From an uncultured Microthrixaceae bacterium (lineage in GTDB: Bacteria; Actinomycetota; Acidimicrobiia; Acidimicrobiales; DATDAH01): a stretch of 64,000 nucleotides of DNA. Below the pieces are notes generated by a model that saw only the letters and a list, made by a program, of their open reading frames with translations, was not told the DNA's origin and made no database searches. The DNA lies in assembly GCA_963792205.1 (NCBI GenBank), contig CAWBVI010000004.1, positions 629,634-693,633 of the forward strand, read 5' to 3'. Shown here one piece after another: positions 37,297 through 47,522 of this stretch. Position 1 is the stretch's first letter. Every line of letters begins with the position of its first letter. A program made the translations under genes and the position numbers.

Positions 37297-37556
37297 TGCG
37301 GGTCCGCATCCCCACCCCGCTGCGGTCCTACACCGGCGAGCAGTCGTCGGTCGCCGCCGAGGGCGCGACGGTCGACGACCTCCTCGCCGACCTCGACCGG
37401 CAGTTCCCGGGCCTGCGCTTCCGCGTGGTCGACGAGCAGGGCCACCTCCGGCCCCACATGAAGGTGTTCGTCGACCAGGACTCGGTCAAGGACCTCGCCA
37501 CCCCGGTCGCAGAGGCGAACGAGGTGACCCTCATGCAGGCGCTGTCCGGCGGCTGA
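37296..37556 (+). CDS. MoaD/ThiS-family ubiquitin-like beta-grasp protein ending in Gly-Gly
   Basis: 86 aa: MRVRIPTPLRSYTG...VFVDQDSV...EVTLMQALSGG*. The ATG overlaps the upstream stop (TGATG). The terminal GGC GGC TGA is at 37548-37556. Confidence 0.8.
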   Translation: MRVRIPTPLRSYTGEQSSVAAEGATVDDLLADLDRQFPGLRFRVVDEQGHLRPHMKVFVDQDSVKDLATPVAEANEVTLMQALSGG

Positions 37557-37572
37557 GGGCCCGAGGCGGACG

Positions 37573-39794
37573 TTGGACGACGCTCGGCGGTTCACGGCGC
37601 GCGCCGCGACCCGCTCCTTCTTCGAGCTCTTCGGCCTGACCGGGCTGGCGGTCACCCAGCCCATCCTCGACGTCTTCGGGCGCGCCCCCGAGGCCTTCAT
37701 CGCCCACGACGCCGGTCGAGGCGACGTGATCGCCTTCGCCCTCGTCATCACCCTCGTCCCCACGCTCGTCCTCTGGGCCGTGGTCAGCGTCGCCGGGTTG
37801 GTGAGCCCGGCCGCCGGCCGACTGGCCCAGATCGGCGCGGTCGCGGGGCTGGTCGCCCTGTTCGTCCTCCAGGTGCTGAAGGAGGTCCTCGGTGTCGACG
37901 GCGTCGTCCTCGGGCTCCTGGCCGCGCTCGCCGGCGTCGGCACCGTCTTCGCGTACCGCGTCCCCGCCGTCCGCCAGTCGCTCGTCTACCTGGCGCTGGC
38001 GCCCGTCCTCTTCGTGGGCGCCTTCCTCGTCACCTCGCCGACCAGCGACCTGCTCCGCAGCGCGGACGTCGACGCCGCGGACATCGGCGACGGCGGCTCC
38101 GACCGGTCCGTGGTGATGATCGTCTGGGACGAGTGGCCCCTGAACTCGATCCTCGACCGCACCGGCGCCATCGACGAGGACCTCTTCCCCAACCTCGCGG
38201 CCCTGGCCGCCGACGGCGCCTTCTACCGCAACGCCACGACCGTCGCCTCCGCCACCACCTCGGCGGTGCCCGCGCTGGTCACCGGCCGCTACGCCACGGA
38301 CGGCGCCAGCCCGACCGCGGCCGACCACCCCGAGAACCTCTTCACCCTCCTTGCCAACGAGTACGACCTCGAGGTGACCGAGTCGGCGACGGCCCTGTGC
38401 CCCGACGCCCTCTGCGACGGCCCCTTCGTCGACGACCCGGAAGCCGCGGAGGCCGCCGGGACCGAGGACCTCACGAGCGGGGGGTCGGCGCTGGGCGAGC
38501 TCGTCGAAGGACGCCCTCCGGAGCTACCGCGAGATGGTCGACCTCGACGACGACGCCGGCGGCCCGGTGGCGATAGACGAGGACACCACGACCGTGACCA
38601 GCCCCCCGACAACGGGCACCGACGCCGGCGGGGCCGTGGACGAGGCCCGCAACGACGACACGGAGGGCATCCCCTTCCCGGTCCTCCAGCTGAACGAGTT
38701 CCGCCACTTCCTCGACTCGATCGAGCGGGACGAGGACCCCGCGCTGCACTTCCTGCACGTCCAGCTGCCCCACAGCCCCTATCGCTTCCTGCCCGACGGC
38801 CGGGCCTACGCCGAAGGCGCCATCGACCCCGACGAGCTGGCCGAGGTCCTGCAGGACCGCGGACCGGAGCCCTACGCCACCGCCTTCGACCGCCAGCGCC
38901 TGCTGCTGCAGGTCGGGTACGTCGACCGGCTGGTCGGCCAGCTCATGAACCGGCTGCGCCAGACCGGGCTCTACCGGGAGACCACGGTCATCCTCACGTC
39001 GGACCACGGCAAGGGCTTCGTCCCGGGCGAGTCGCACCGGGGCTTCGACGGCGACGTCCTCGACGAGTCCCTGTACCCCGACCTCCTCTACGTCCCGCTC
39101 ATCGTGAAGGCGCCCGGGATCGAGCCGGCCACGGTGAGCGACGACAACGTCGAGTCCATCGACGTCGTCCCCACGATCGCCGACGTCCTGGGCATCGACC
39201 TGCCCTGGCCCGTCGACGGGCGATCCCTGCTCGGCCCCCCGCGGACCAGTTCGGAGAAGCGCTTCAACAAGGCGGTCACGGCCGAGGGCGCCTCGGCGGT
39301 CTTCGGCGGGGCGGCCGAGCTGGCCCCGACGACCACCTTCGACGGTGACGACTACTTCGCCGCCAACCTGGAGCGCCACGTCGACACCCTGCTCGTGGGG
39401 GACAACCCCGAGCACCGGCTCTACGCGCTGGTGGCCCGACGGAGACCTCGTCGGCCGGCAGGTCGCCGATCTCGATGTCGGCAGCCCGTCCGAGAGCTCG
39501 CTCGTCGTCGACGGGGGCGTCGACGAGCTCGAGGCCTACGACGCCACGACCAGCATCGTCCCCGTTCGGATCTCGGGGGAGGTCCAGGACGGCACCGACG
39601 GCGAGCTGACCGTGGCCATCGCGGTAGACGGGGTCATCGCCGCCGTGGTCCCCACCTATCCCGACGGCGACGTGGCCCAACGGGTCGACGCCATCCTCGA
39701 CCCGTCGGCGCTCGGCCCCACGGCGCCCCACGAGGTCGAGGCCTTCCTCGTCACGGGCCGGGGAACCGCCCGCCGCCTCCTGCCGCTCGGCTGA
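37573..39794 (+). pseudogene. membrane-anchored sulfatase / LTA-synthase-like (alkaline phosphatase superfamily) protein with two +1 frame changes
   Basis: It has 5-6 N-terminal TM helices, then VVMIVWDEWP, ALHFLHVQLPHSPY and VILTSDHGKGF. Three frames are used (tracks 37573.., 38534.., 39345..39794), with junctions near 38500-38512 and 39432-39440. It is collinear with the intact paralog downstream. Confidence 0.75.
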
Positions 39795-39821
39795 GTCCCA
39801 AGGGATCCGTAGGCTTTCCGG

Positions 39822-41909
39822 GTGACGGTGACGGCCGGCGCGCCGCGTGCTGCGGCCCGCCCAGCCCGGTTCGAGTCGACCCGGGCCCTGCTCGAGCTCC
39901 TCGGCGTGACCGGGGTGGTCGTCGCCCAGCCCATCCTGTCGGTGTTCGGGGCCGCTCCGGAGTTCTTCGTCTTCGAAGGCGCCGACCGGGCCGAGATCAT
40001 CGCCTTCGGCATGGCCGTGGCCTTCGGGCCGCCGCTGGTGCTGTGGGCGGTGGTCGAGCTGCTCGGCCTCGGCTCGGACCGGCGTCACCGCCTGGCCCGG
40101 GCGGGGGCCGTCGGGCTGGTGGTCGCGCTCCTCGGCCTGCAACTGGCCAACCAGCGGGTGCTGGCGATCGGGCTGGTGACGGCCACGGTCCTCGGCGTCG
40201 GCGCCGCGCTGGCCCACTGGAGCTGGCCGTTCGTCCGGCTGTGGTTGCGGTGGCTCGCCCCGGCGCCCCTCGTCGTCCTCCTCCTGTTCACCTACAGCTC
40301 GCCGGTGAGCGGGTTGGTGACCGGTGGCGAGGTCGATCCCGCCGAGCTCGGCGCGTTCGGCTCGGGTGACCCGCCGCCCATCGTGATGGTGGTGCTCGAC
40401 GAGTGGCCCCTGGCGTCGATCGTCCGCCAGAACGGCAGGATCGACGCCAAGCTGTACCCGAACGTCGCCCGCCTCGCGGCCGGGTCGACCTGGTACCGGG
40501 ACACCACGACGGTCGCGAACCTCACCAACTTCGCCGTCCCTTCCCTGCTCACCGGCAACCGGCCCGAGGAGGGCCAGACGGCGGACGCCGCCACGCATCC
40601 GGAGAACCTGTTCACGCTGCTCGGCGGCACCTACCGGTTGGACGTGACCGAGCGGATCACCCGGCTCTGCCCCCGCAGCCTGTGCTCGGACAGCACCGCC
40701 TCGGCCGGCCGGACCGGGGCGACGACGGTGGGCAACCTGCTGCGGGAGGCGGGTTCGGTGTTCGTCGACCGGGTGACTCCGGGCGAACGGGAGACCCCGG
40801 TCACCGACGTCTTCGTGGAGCCGGACGCCGCGGTCGACGACGCTCGGGGCGCCGACGAGGAGCAACGGCTGGAGGACCTGCTCGCCCCGCGCCCGGCCAG
40901 CCTCGACCGCTTCCTCGACGGCTTCGCCGCCGACGAGGAGCCGACGCTGCACTTCCTGCACCTCCTCGAGCCGCACACGCCCTACCTGCACCTGCCCGAC
41001 GGGCGCCGCTACGGCGCCGACCCGACGCTGCGCCAGGTGTCGCTGCGGGTGGACGGCGAGTCCGGTGGCGACCGCCGATCCGACCAGGCCGCGCCGGCCC
41101 TCCTGGACCGGCAGCGCCTCCAGCTCGAGGTGGCCCAGGTCGACCGCCTGCTCGGCGACGTGCTCGACCGGCTGCACGAGACCGGCCTCTACGACGAGGC
41201 CCTCGTGGTGGTGACCTCGGACCACGGCATCGCCTTCCGGCCCGGCGGTCCCGTCCGCGGCCTCGGCACCGAGCCCATCGAGGCCGACGCCCAGCCGGAG
41301 CTTTTGTGGGTCCCGCTGTTCGTCAAGGCCCCGGGCCAGGCCTCGGGCGCGGTGAGCGACCGGCCGGCCGAGACCATCGACGTCCTGCCGACCATCGCCG
41401 ACGAGCTCGGCGTCGATCTGCCCTGGACCGTGGACGGAACCGCCCTCGCCGACGTCGACCGGCGACGAGTCCGCCGGTTCACCCACGTGCAGGGCAACTC
41501 CTTCGCCACCTTCCAGCTCGACGATCCGGTCCGGCTCGACGCGGAGCTGGCGGACGTCTTGGAGCTCGGCACGGACTCGGTCCTGCGCGGCCGGCTCCCG
41601 GACCGTTGGTGGGCCACCGGCCCCGAACCGGGCGCCATCGGGCGCCGGCCGGCGGGCGCCCGCCTCGATGCCGAGCTCGACCGAGTCGGTGAGTACCTGG
41701 ACGTGGACCTCGACGACCCCGTGGTCCCGGCGTTCGTGTCCGGACGGGTGGCCGGGGCCGTGCCGCGGGTGGCCATCGTGGTCAACGGCAGGACCGCCGC
41801 CGTGGTCGGCACCTTCACCGACGACGGAGGACCCGGGCGGTTCGCGGCGATGATCGACCCCGCTCGCCTGGTCGAGGGGGTCAACGTCCTGGCGGTGCAC
41901 CGGGGCTAG
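39822..41909 (+). CDS. membrane-anchored sulfatase / LTA-synthase-like protein (intact paralog)
   Basis: 695-aa ORF. TM-rich N-terminus, then IVMVVLDEWP, TLHFLHLLEPHTPY and VVVTSDHGIAF. Confidence 0.8.
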   Translation: MTVTAGAPRAAARPARFESTRALLELLGVTGVVVAQPILSVFGAAPEFFVFEGADRAEIIAFGMAVAFGPPLVLWAVVELLGLGSDRRHRLARAGAVGLVVALLGLQLANQRVLAIGLVTATVLGVGAALAHWSWPFVRLWLRWLAPAPLVVLLLFTYSSPVSGLVTGGEVDPAELGAFGSGDPPPIVMVVLDEWPLASIVRQNGRIDAKLYPNVARLAAGSTWYRDTTTVANLTNFAVPSLLTGNRPEEGQTADAATHPENLFTLLGGTYRLDVTERITRLCPRSLCSDSTASAGRTGATTVGNLLREAGSVFVDRVTPGERETPVTDVFVEPDAAVDDARGADEEQRLEDLLAPRPASLDRFLDGFAADEEPTLHFLHLLEPHTPYLHLPDGRRYGADPTLRQVSLRVDGESGGDRRSDQAAPALLDRQRLQLEVAQVDRLLGDVLDRLHETGLYDEALVVVTSDHGIAFRPGGPVRGLGTEPIEADAQPELLWVPLFVKAPGQASGAVSDRPAETIDVLPTIADELGVDLPWTVDGTALADVDRRRVRRFTHVQGNSFATFQLDDPVRLDAELADVLELGTDSVLRGRLPDRWWATGPEPGAIGRRPAGARLDAELDRVGEYLDVDLDDPVVPAFVSGRVAGAVPRVAIVVNGRTAAVVGTFTDDGGPGRFAAMIDPARLVEGVNVLAVHRG

Positions 41910-41919
41910 GTTCGATGGC

Positions 41920-42945
41920 GTGCGCCGGGCTGTCGCCCTCGCCGTCCTGTTGCTCGCCGTAGGCGGGCCCCATCTCCCCGCCACCGCTGAAGAGCGCGGC
42001 CCGAGCGGCCCCGAAGGCACCGTCACCACCCTCGACGGCCAGGACAGCGAGTGGCTGGTGGACACCGACGGCTCCACGTGCGGCGACGGCTTCGCGGCCG
42101 ACGGCTTCGCCATCCAGGATGCGTCGCTCGACGTGCCGCCCGAGCAATCCGACGCGTACGACGACGCCTTCGTGATCTACGTCGACGGCGCCCCCTACGC
42201 CGCGCCCGGCGTGACCACGGCGGGGAACGCGGCCCGGGGCGATCCCGCCGTGCGGTCCGGGCTGGAGGTCACCTCGACCTACCAGGCCTTCGCCGACGCC
42301 GACGTGCTCCGGCAGGTCACGACGTTCGCCAACGCCGGACCGACGGAGGTCAGCGCCACCGTGAGCTGGGCCCACGACCGTGGCTCGGACGGCGACACCG
42401 TCGAGGAGGCCACGTCGAGCGGCGACACGACGGTCGGGGCCGACGACCTCTGGGTCGTGAGCTCCGACGGCGGCGGCCAGGACCCCGACCCCCGTCTCGG
42501 CTTCGTGGTCGCCGGCGCCGACGACCCGGCGACGTCGACCGTCCCCCAGGGCGCGAGCGGCCTCCCGACCGACTGCACCGAGGCCGAGGACCTCGGCTTC
42601 GTGTACGACCTCACCGTGCCGGCGGGCGCGTCGTGCGCGCTGCTGCACTTCGGGGAGCTGACCCCCGGCGACGTGCCGCCCCCCGTCCCGTCGCCGCCGC
42701 TCGACCCGGCGTCGGCCGCCGAGGCGGTGGCCGACGAGTCGATCCTCACCGCCGCCGACCGCGCCGACGCCCTCTCGCAGACCACGGGAGGCGACACCAT
42801 CGTCTCCGACCTGACGGTGGCCGAGCGGGCCAGCGTGGTGAACTTCGACCTCGGCGAACGGGCCGACGGGCCGTGTCAGGTGCCGGTCGTGGCCCCCGCC
42901 GACCCGGCGGGCCCCGTGCCGGCGTTGCCGTCGTTCACGGGCTGA
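41920..42945 (+). CDS. secreted protein of unknown function
   Basis: 341 aa. Signal peptide MRRAVALAVLLLAVGGPHLPATA. Acidic, Asp/Gly-rich mature part. It is the last gene of the + strand run 36171-42945. Confidence 0.6.
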   Translation: MRRAVALAVLLLAVGGPHLPATAEERGPSGPEGTVTTLDGQDSEWLVDTDGSTCGDGFAADGFAIQDASLDVPPEQSDAYDDAFVIYVDGAPYAAPGVTTAGNAARGDPAVRSGLEVTSTYQAFADADVLRQVTTFANAGPTEVSATVSWAHDRGSDGDTVEEATSSGDTTVGADDLWVVSSDGGGQDPDPRLGFVVAGADDPATSTVPQGASGLPTDCTEAEDLGFVYDLTVPAGASCALLHFGELTPGDVPPPVPSPPLDPASAAEAVADESILTAADRADALSQTTGGDTIVSDLTVAERASVVNFDLGERADGPCQVPVVAPADPAGPVPALPSFTG

Positions 42946-44506
42946 CCTGCTCCTTGGCCCAGCGATAGTCCGGCTTGCCCGCGGGTGAGCGGACGATCTC
43001 GTCGACGAAGGCAACGGTCTTCGGCAACTTGTAGCCGGCCAGGCGACCGCGGCAGTGGTCGATGAGCTCGTCGGCGGTGGGCTCGCTGCCGGCGGCGGGC
43101 TGCACGAGCGCGGCCACCCGCTCCCCCCAGCGGTCGTCGGGCGCGCCGACGACGAGGACGTCGTAGACGTCGGCGCGCGCCCGCAGGACCGATTCGACCT
43201 CTTCGGGGAAGACCTTCTCGCCGCCGGTGTTGATGCAGCCCGACCCCCGCCCGAGCAGGTTGATGGTCCCGTCCTCGCTCACCGTGGCCATGTCGCCGGT
43301 GATGACCCAGCGCTGCCCGTCGAGCTCGACGAAGGTGGCGGCGGTCTTCTCGGGGTCGCCGTGGTAGCGCAGCGGGATGTGGCCGGTCCGGGCCACCCGA
43401 CCGACCGCGCCCGACCCGGGCTCGACGGGCTGGTGGGCGTCGTCGAGCACGACCGTGGTGTCGTCCATGGGGGCGAAGGCGGCCCGGGCGTCGGAGTCGG
43501 CCGCCATGCTGGCGGTGCCCTGGGCCCCCGTCTCCGACGAGCCGAAGCCGTCGGCCAGCAGCGTGTCGGGCAGGATCTCCTGGAGCCGCCGGCGCAAGGC
43601 GGGGCTGAGCGGGGCACCACCCGAACCGATCAGGAAGAGCGTCGGTACGTCGTAGCCGCCGGCCGCGTCCCAGGCGTCGAGCAGGGGGCGGGCCACGGCG
43701 TCGCCCACGATCGTGATGAGGTGGGCACCCTCGGCCGCGATCGTCCGCCACACCTCGTCGGGGTCGAGCGGACCGGGGAGGAGCACGACCTTCCCGCCGG
43801 CGAACAGCCAGGACAGGCTGGTCCACTGCCCGGCCGCGTGCATGAGCGGGGCCACGGGCAGGAACACCGTGCCCGCCCCCTCGGGCGCGATGCGCTCCAC
43901 GATCTCCTCCGGCGTGGTGATGGCGCCCAGGAGGCGGGCGGGGTCGCCGCCACCGATGCAGGAGTGGAAGGCGTCCTCCTGGCGCCACACCACGCCCTTG
44001 GGCAGGCCGGTGGTCCCACCCGTGTAGAGGATGTAGTGGTCGTCGCTGCTGCGCTCCTCGAAGTCCGGCGCGGGGTCGGCGGCGGCCAGCGCGGCCTCGT
44101 AGTCGTCGCCCAGCGACAGCTCGGCGGTGAGCTCGGGGAGCTGGTCGCGGATGGCGGCCATGCGCCCGGCGAACTCGGCGTCGTGCACCACCGCCTTCAC
44201 CCCGGCGTCGGCGAACAGGTAGCGGAGCTCGTCCTCGACGTAGCGGTAGTTCACGTTCACGGGGACGGCGCGCAGCTTGTACGCCGCCAGCATCGTCTCC
44301 AGGTACTCCGGGTTGTTGGTGAGGTAGACGCCGACGTGATCGCCGACCCCGATCCCCTGGGCCCGGAGGTGCGACGCCAGGCGGTTGGCCCGCTCGTCCA
44401 GCTCGGCGTAGGTCAGGCGGCGGTCTCCGCAGACCACCGCCTCCCGAGCGGGGACCTGTTCGGCCACCAGCTCCCACAGATCCGCGAACGCAAACGACCG
44501 GGCCAC
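42935..44506 (-). CDS. acyl-CoA synthetase (AMP-dependent ligase)
   Basis: 523 aa, GTG start. ILYTGGTTGLPKGV, GSSETG, ITGDMA and C-terminal PAGKPDYRWAK. Paralog of 3426..5039. Confidence 0.9.
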   Translation of the reverse strand: MARSFAFADLWELVAEQVPAREAVVCGDRRLTYAELDERANRLASHLRAQGIGVGDHVGVYLTNNPEYLETMLAAYKLRAVPVNVNYRYVEDELRYLFADAGVKAVVHDAEFAGRMAAIRDQLPELTAELSLGDDYEAALAAADPAPDFEERSSDDHYILYTGGTTGLPKGVVWRQEDAFHSCIGGGDPARLLGAITTPEEIVERIAPEGAGTVFLPVAPLMHAAGQWTSLSWLFAGGKVVLLPGPLDPDEVWRTIAAEGAHLITIVGDAVARPLLDAWDAAGGYDVPTLFLIGSGGAPLSPALRRRLQEILPDTLLADGFGSSETGAQGTASMAADSDARAAFAPMDDTTVVLDDAHQPVEPGSGAVGRVARTGHIPLRYHGDPEKTAATFVELDGQRWVITGDMATVSEDGTINLLGRGSGCINTGGEKVFPEEVESVLRARADVYDVLVVGAPDDRWGERVAALVQPAAGSEPTADELIDHCRGRLAGYKLPKTVAFVDEIVRSPAGKPDYRWAKEQVSP

Positions 44507-44522
44507 GGCTGGGGACCCTAAA

Positions 44523-44563
44523 GGAGCCGAGCCGATAGGCGAGGCGACCAGGCAAGCACAGCG
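44523..44563 (-). repeat. family-B repeat, copy B1 (3' half only, minus orientation)
   Basis: GGAGCCGAGCCGATAGGCGAGGCGACCAGGCAAGCACAGCG matches the corresponding half of 50026..50108. It ends at the stop codon (44565) of the upstream gene. Confidence 0.85.
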
Positions 44564-44564
44564 G

Positions 44565-45824
44565 TCAGGCCCAGGCGACGACGTCGCCGGCGACGGCGAC
44601 CAGGTCGGCGGTGGCGGTGAAGTCGACGGGCACGGGGACCACGTCGACGCCGGGGCGGGCGAGGGCCTCGGCCGTGCGGGTCGAGCGGTCCTCCGGCGAG
44701 CCGAGCTCGCCCTCGGAGCCCCAGGCCTCCACCGTGACGTCGAGGTCGAGGCTCCGGGCCAGGTCGAGCAGGGCCTCCGTCATCGGGTCGAGCGGCCAGG
44801 TGGTCACGGCCAGGGCACCGTGCAGCAGCGCGGCCGCGGCGGCGGCCCCCGGCGCGTTGGTGGCGGGCACGAGCACCGACCCGGGCTCGACGGTCGGGAA
44901 GGTGCGGGCCACCCACAGCCCGGCCGAGCCCGGGTCGGCGACGACCAGACCGCCCTCGGGCCGCAGCGTCCCCAGGTCGCGGCTGGCCCGGGCCGGGTGC
45001 AGCGGCACGGCCGACGACTCGTAGGCCGGACCGACCACCGCCGAGAGCGCGGTGTAGAGCTCGGGCCGGGGCGGGTCGGCCCCCGGTTCGGGCCAGCCCT
45101 CGGCGGCGAAGGCCAGGTGCACCGGGTGCAGCTCGAGGACCTGGGCCGAGCCCAGCGCGTCGGCGGGGAGCTCGTCGCCATCGACCCCGACGGTGACCAC
45201 CAACAGCCGATCGGTCAGGCCGGCCAGCTCGAAGTCCCGGGCCTGGAGGCCGGCCGTCCCGGCGTGGAACGGGCTGTCCCAGGCGAACACCCCCTTGGCC
45301 CCCCAGGTGTTGACCACCGCCCACCCGGTCTGGGCCGCGAAGCGCTGGAGGTGCTCGACCACGCCGTCCCCGTCGAGGGCCCGCAGGACCCCGGGCCCCA
45401 CGACCACCCCGACGTCGTCGCCCAGGTCGGGCGACAGCCGGATCCCCTCGATCCGGGTCTGCGCCGTCATGGGCTCGACCCCCTCGGGCACCGGTGCGCC
45501 GAGGTCGACGTCCAGCTCGAGGGCGAAGGTGTCCGGCACCTCCTGCCCGGCCGTCGTCGCCAGCGCCGCGACCAGCCCTTCGGGACCGTCGATCGGTGTC
45601 GGCTTCACGAGCGAGCCGGGCCGCGAGCTGACCCGCAGCACCCGGTCGTGCCACGACACCCCCATCCGAGAAACCCGCCCGTCCACATCCGCCAGCAGGT
45701 CGGCCACCGCCCGGTCGGCCACCGGGACGTGCGCCAGCCCCGGCAGCTCTTCGCCGACCACCCGCCGCACCCCCAGCGCCGCCAGCGCCGTGACGAGCAG
45801 GTCCCCGACGGTGCGCTCGCTCAT
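44565..45824 (-). CDS. thiamine-diphosphate-enzyme-like protein (acetolactate-synthase fold) lacking an obvious ThDP-binding motif
   Basis: Starts MSERTVGDLLVTALAALGVRRVVG (TPP_enzyme_N-like). The central domain contains AVVNTWGAKGVF...HAGTAGL. I see no GDG...NN motif in the C-terminal domain. Its start lies 2 nt after the stop of the upstream pseudogene. Confidence 0.6.
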   Translation of the reverse strand: MSERTVGDLLVTALAALGVRRVVGEELPGLAHVPVADRAVADLLADVDGRVSRMGVSWHDRVLRVSSRPGSLVKPTPIDGPEGLVAALATTAGQEVPDTFALELDVDLGAPVPEGVEPMTAQTRIEGIRLSPDLGDDVGVVVGPGVLRALDGDGVVEHLQRFAAQTGWAVVNTWGAKGVFAWDSPFHAGTAGLQARDFELAGLTDRLLVVTVGVDGDELPADALGSAQVLELHPVHLAFAAEGWPEPGADPPRPELYTALSAVVGPAYESSAVPLHPARASRDLGTLRPEGGLVVADPGSAGLWVARTFPTVEPGSVLVPATNAPGAAAAAALLHGALAVTTWPLDPMTEALLDLARSLDLDVTVEAWGSEGELGSPEDRSTRTAEALARPGVDVVPVPVDFTATADLVAVAGDVVAWA

Positions 45825-45826
45825 GC

Positions 45827-47377
45827 TCAGCCTGAGTAGGCGTCCCGGAGCTCGTACTTGACGACCTTGCCCGTGGGGTTCCGGGGCAGGACGTCGAGGA
45901 ACTCCAGCTGCTCCGGCAGGGCCTGCTTGCGGAGCCCCTTGCCGAGGAGGAAGTCCTTCATCTCCGCGAAGGCCAACGGCGCCTGGCCCTCGGCCGTGAC
46001 CACCACGGCACACACCCGCTCGCCGGTGCGCTCGTCGGGCAGGCCGACGACGGCGACGTCAGCGACCTGCGGGTGCTCGAAGAGCAGGTCCTCGACCTCC
46101 TTGGCCGAGATGTTCTCCATGTTGCGGATGATGATGTCCTTGAGCCGGCCGGTGATGATCAGGTTGCCGTCGGCGTCGCTGCTCGCCGAGGTCGCCGGTG
46201 CGGAACCAGCCGTCCTCGTCGAAGGCCTCCTCGTCGAGCGAGCTGTCCAGGTAGCCCCGCATCATCTGGGGGGCCTTGGCCCGGATCTCGCCTTCTTCGC
46301 CCGATCCGGCCACCGAGCCGTCGAGCGTGACCAGCTTGAGCTCCACGCCGGGCATGGGCTGGCCCTCGGTCTCGGCCTTCACCTCGTCGCTGTCGTCCAC
46401 GTCCACCAGCACGAGGATCGGCGCCTCGGTCAGGCCGTACCCCGAGCAGATGCCCACCCCGCCCATCTCCTCCTTCATGTCGTAGTGCAGCTGCGGCGGC
46501 TTCGGCGCGCCCCCGCCGGGGAAGAGGCGCACCGCGGGGAAGATCGGCTCGGCCCCGGCGCGCTGCGCTGGGCGGCGAGGTACACCATGTGGAACGGCGT
46601 GCCCGCGCCCGCCATGGTCACCCCGTTCTCGGCCAGGTACGGCATCGTCGTCGCCGGGTCGAAGGCTCGACGAACAGGTTCACCGTGCCGTACTGCGAGG
46701 CTGCGTGAACAGCCAGGTGATGCCCCCGATGTGGGTGAAGGGGAACACCAGCGCGCCCCGGTCCTCCGGCGTGGCCCGGTAGCGCTCGCCCATGCCCTCG
46801 GCGATGGCGGCGATCGAGGCGTCGGTGTGCTTCGCTCCCTTCGGATCGGCGGTGGTGCCCGACGTGTAGAAGTACCAGCGCACCTCGGGTCGGCGGGGTC
46901 GTCCGGCGTCGCGGGCGGCGCGGGCAGCGTGGACGGGTCGCCCTGCGGGCAGCGCCTTGTCGACGATGAGGACCTCGAGCCCGTCGACCTCGCCGGCGAC
47001 GCGATGTCTCGGCCATGGCGGCGTAGTCGAAGCCCCGGAACACCGACGGCACCACCAGCAGCTTGGAGCTCCGCCTGGCGGGTGACGAAGCCGACCTCGC
47101 GCTCGCGGTAGATCGGGAGCATCGGGTTCTGGATGACCCCGAGGCGGGCCAGGGCCCCGACCAGGACCATCGACTCGAACCAGGTCGGCAGCTGCCACGA
47201 GACGACGTCACCGGCCCCGAGCCCGAGGTCCTGGAAGCCGGCCGCGGCCCGCTCGCACCAGTCGCGGTACTCGGCGAAGGTCAGGGTGCGCCCGTCCTCG
47301 TCGAGCGCCATCTCGGCGTCGCCGGTCTCGGCCGCCCGGCTCTCGATCAGCTCCCACAGGTTGCGACCGGTGATCAT
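45827..47377 (-). pseudogene. acyl-CoA synthetase (AMP-binding) gene broken by about 6-8 frame changes
   Basis: Conserved segments lie in all three frames, in order: MITGRNLWEL...FVTRQAE; SKLLVVPSVFRGFDYAAMAE; VAGEVDGLEVLIVDKALP; (GDPSTLPAPPATPDDPADP); VRWYFYTSGTTADPKGAKHTD...FTHIGGITWLFT; QYGTVNLFVEP; FDPATTMPYLAENGVTMAGAGTPFHMVYL; GYGLTEAP...WFRTGDLG; NMENISAKEVEDLL...PRNPTGKVVKYELR. Confidence 0.85.
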
Positions 47378-47522
47378 GGGCCGGGACCTTAGAGGGTGCG
47401 CCGTAGGCGCAGCCTCGGCGGGCCGGGCAGGGACCCGGACCGCACCGTGATGAGCCGTCCGGCGAAGAACGAGCGAGCAGAGTGGGGTCAGGCGGCGGTC
47501 GGCGGTCGCCACGAGGGCTGGT

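Noticed and set aside
42876-44555. Recurrent peptide MPGRLAYRLGS... heads three track ORFs (42876..44555 -, 49498..50058 -, 55869..56651 +), suggesting a repeated small protein or gene family.
   Set aside because: The shared residues are simply the translation of family-B repeat DNA. Downstream of the repeat the three ORFs are unrelated junk overlapping real genes on the other strand.
44507-44564. AAGGAG within family-B copy B1 (44521-44526, + strand) as a ribosome-binding site for a + strand gene.
   Set aside because: No plausible + strand ORF follows it. The same AAGGAGCC/GGAGCC sequence is part of the repeat consensus in the other copies.
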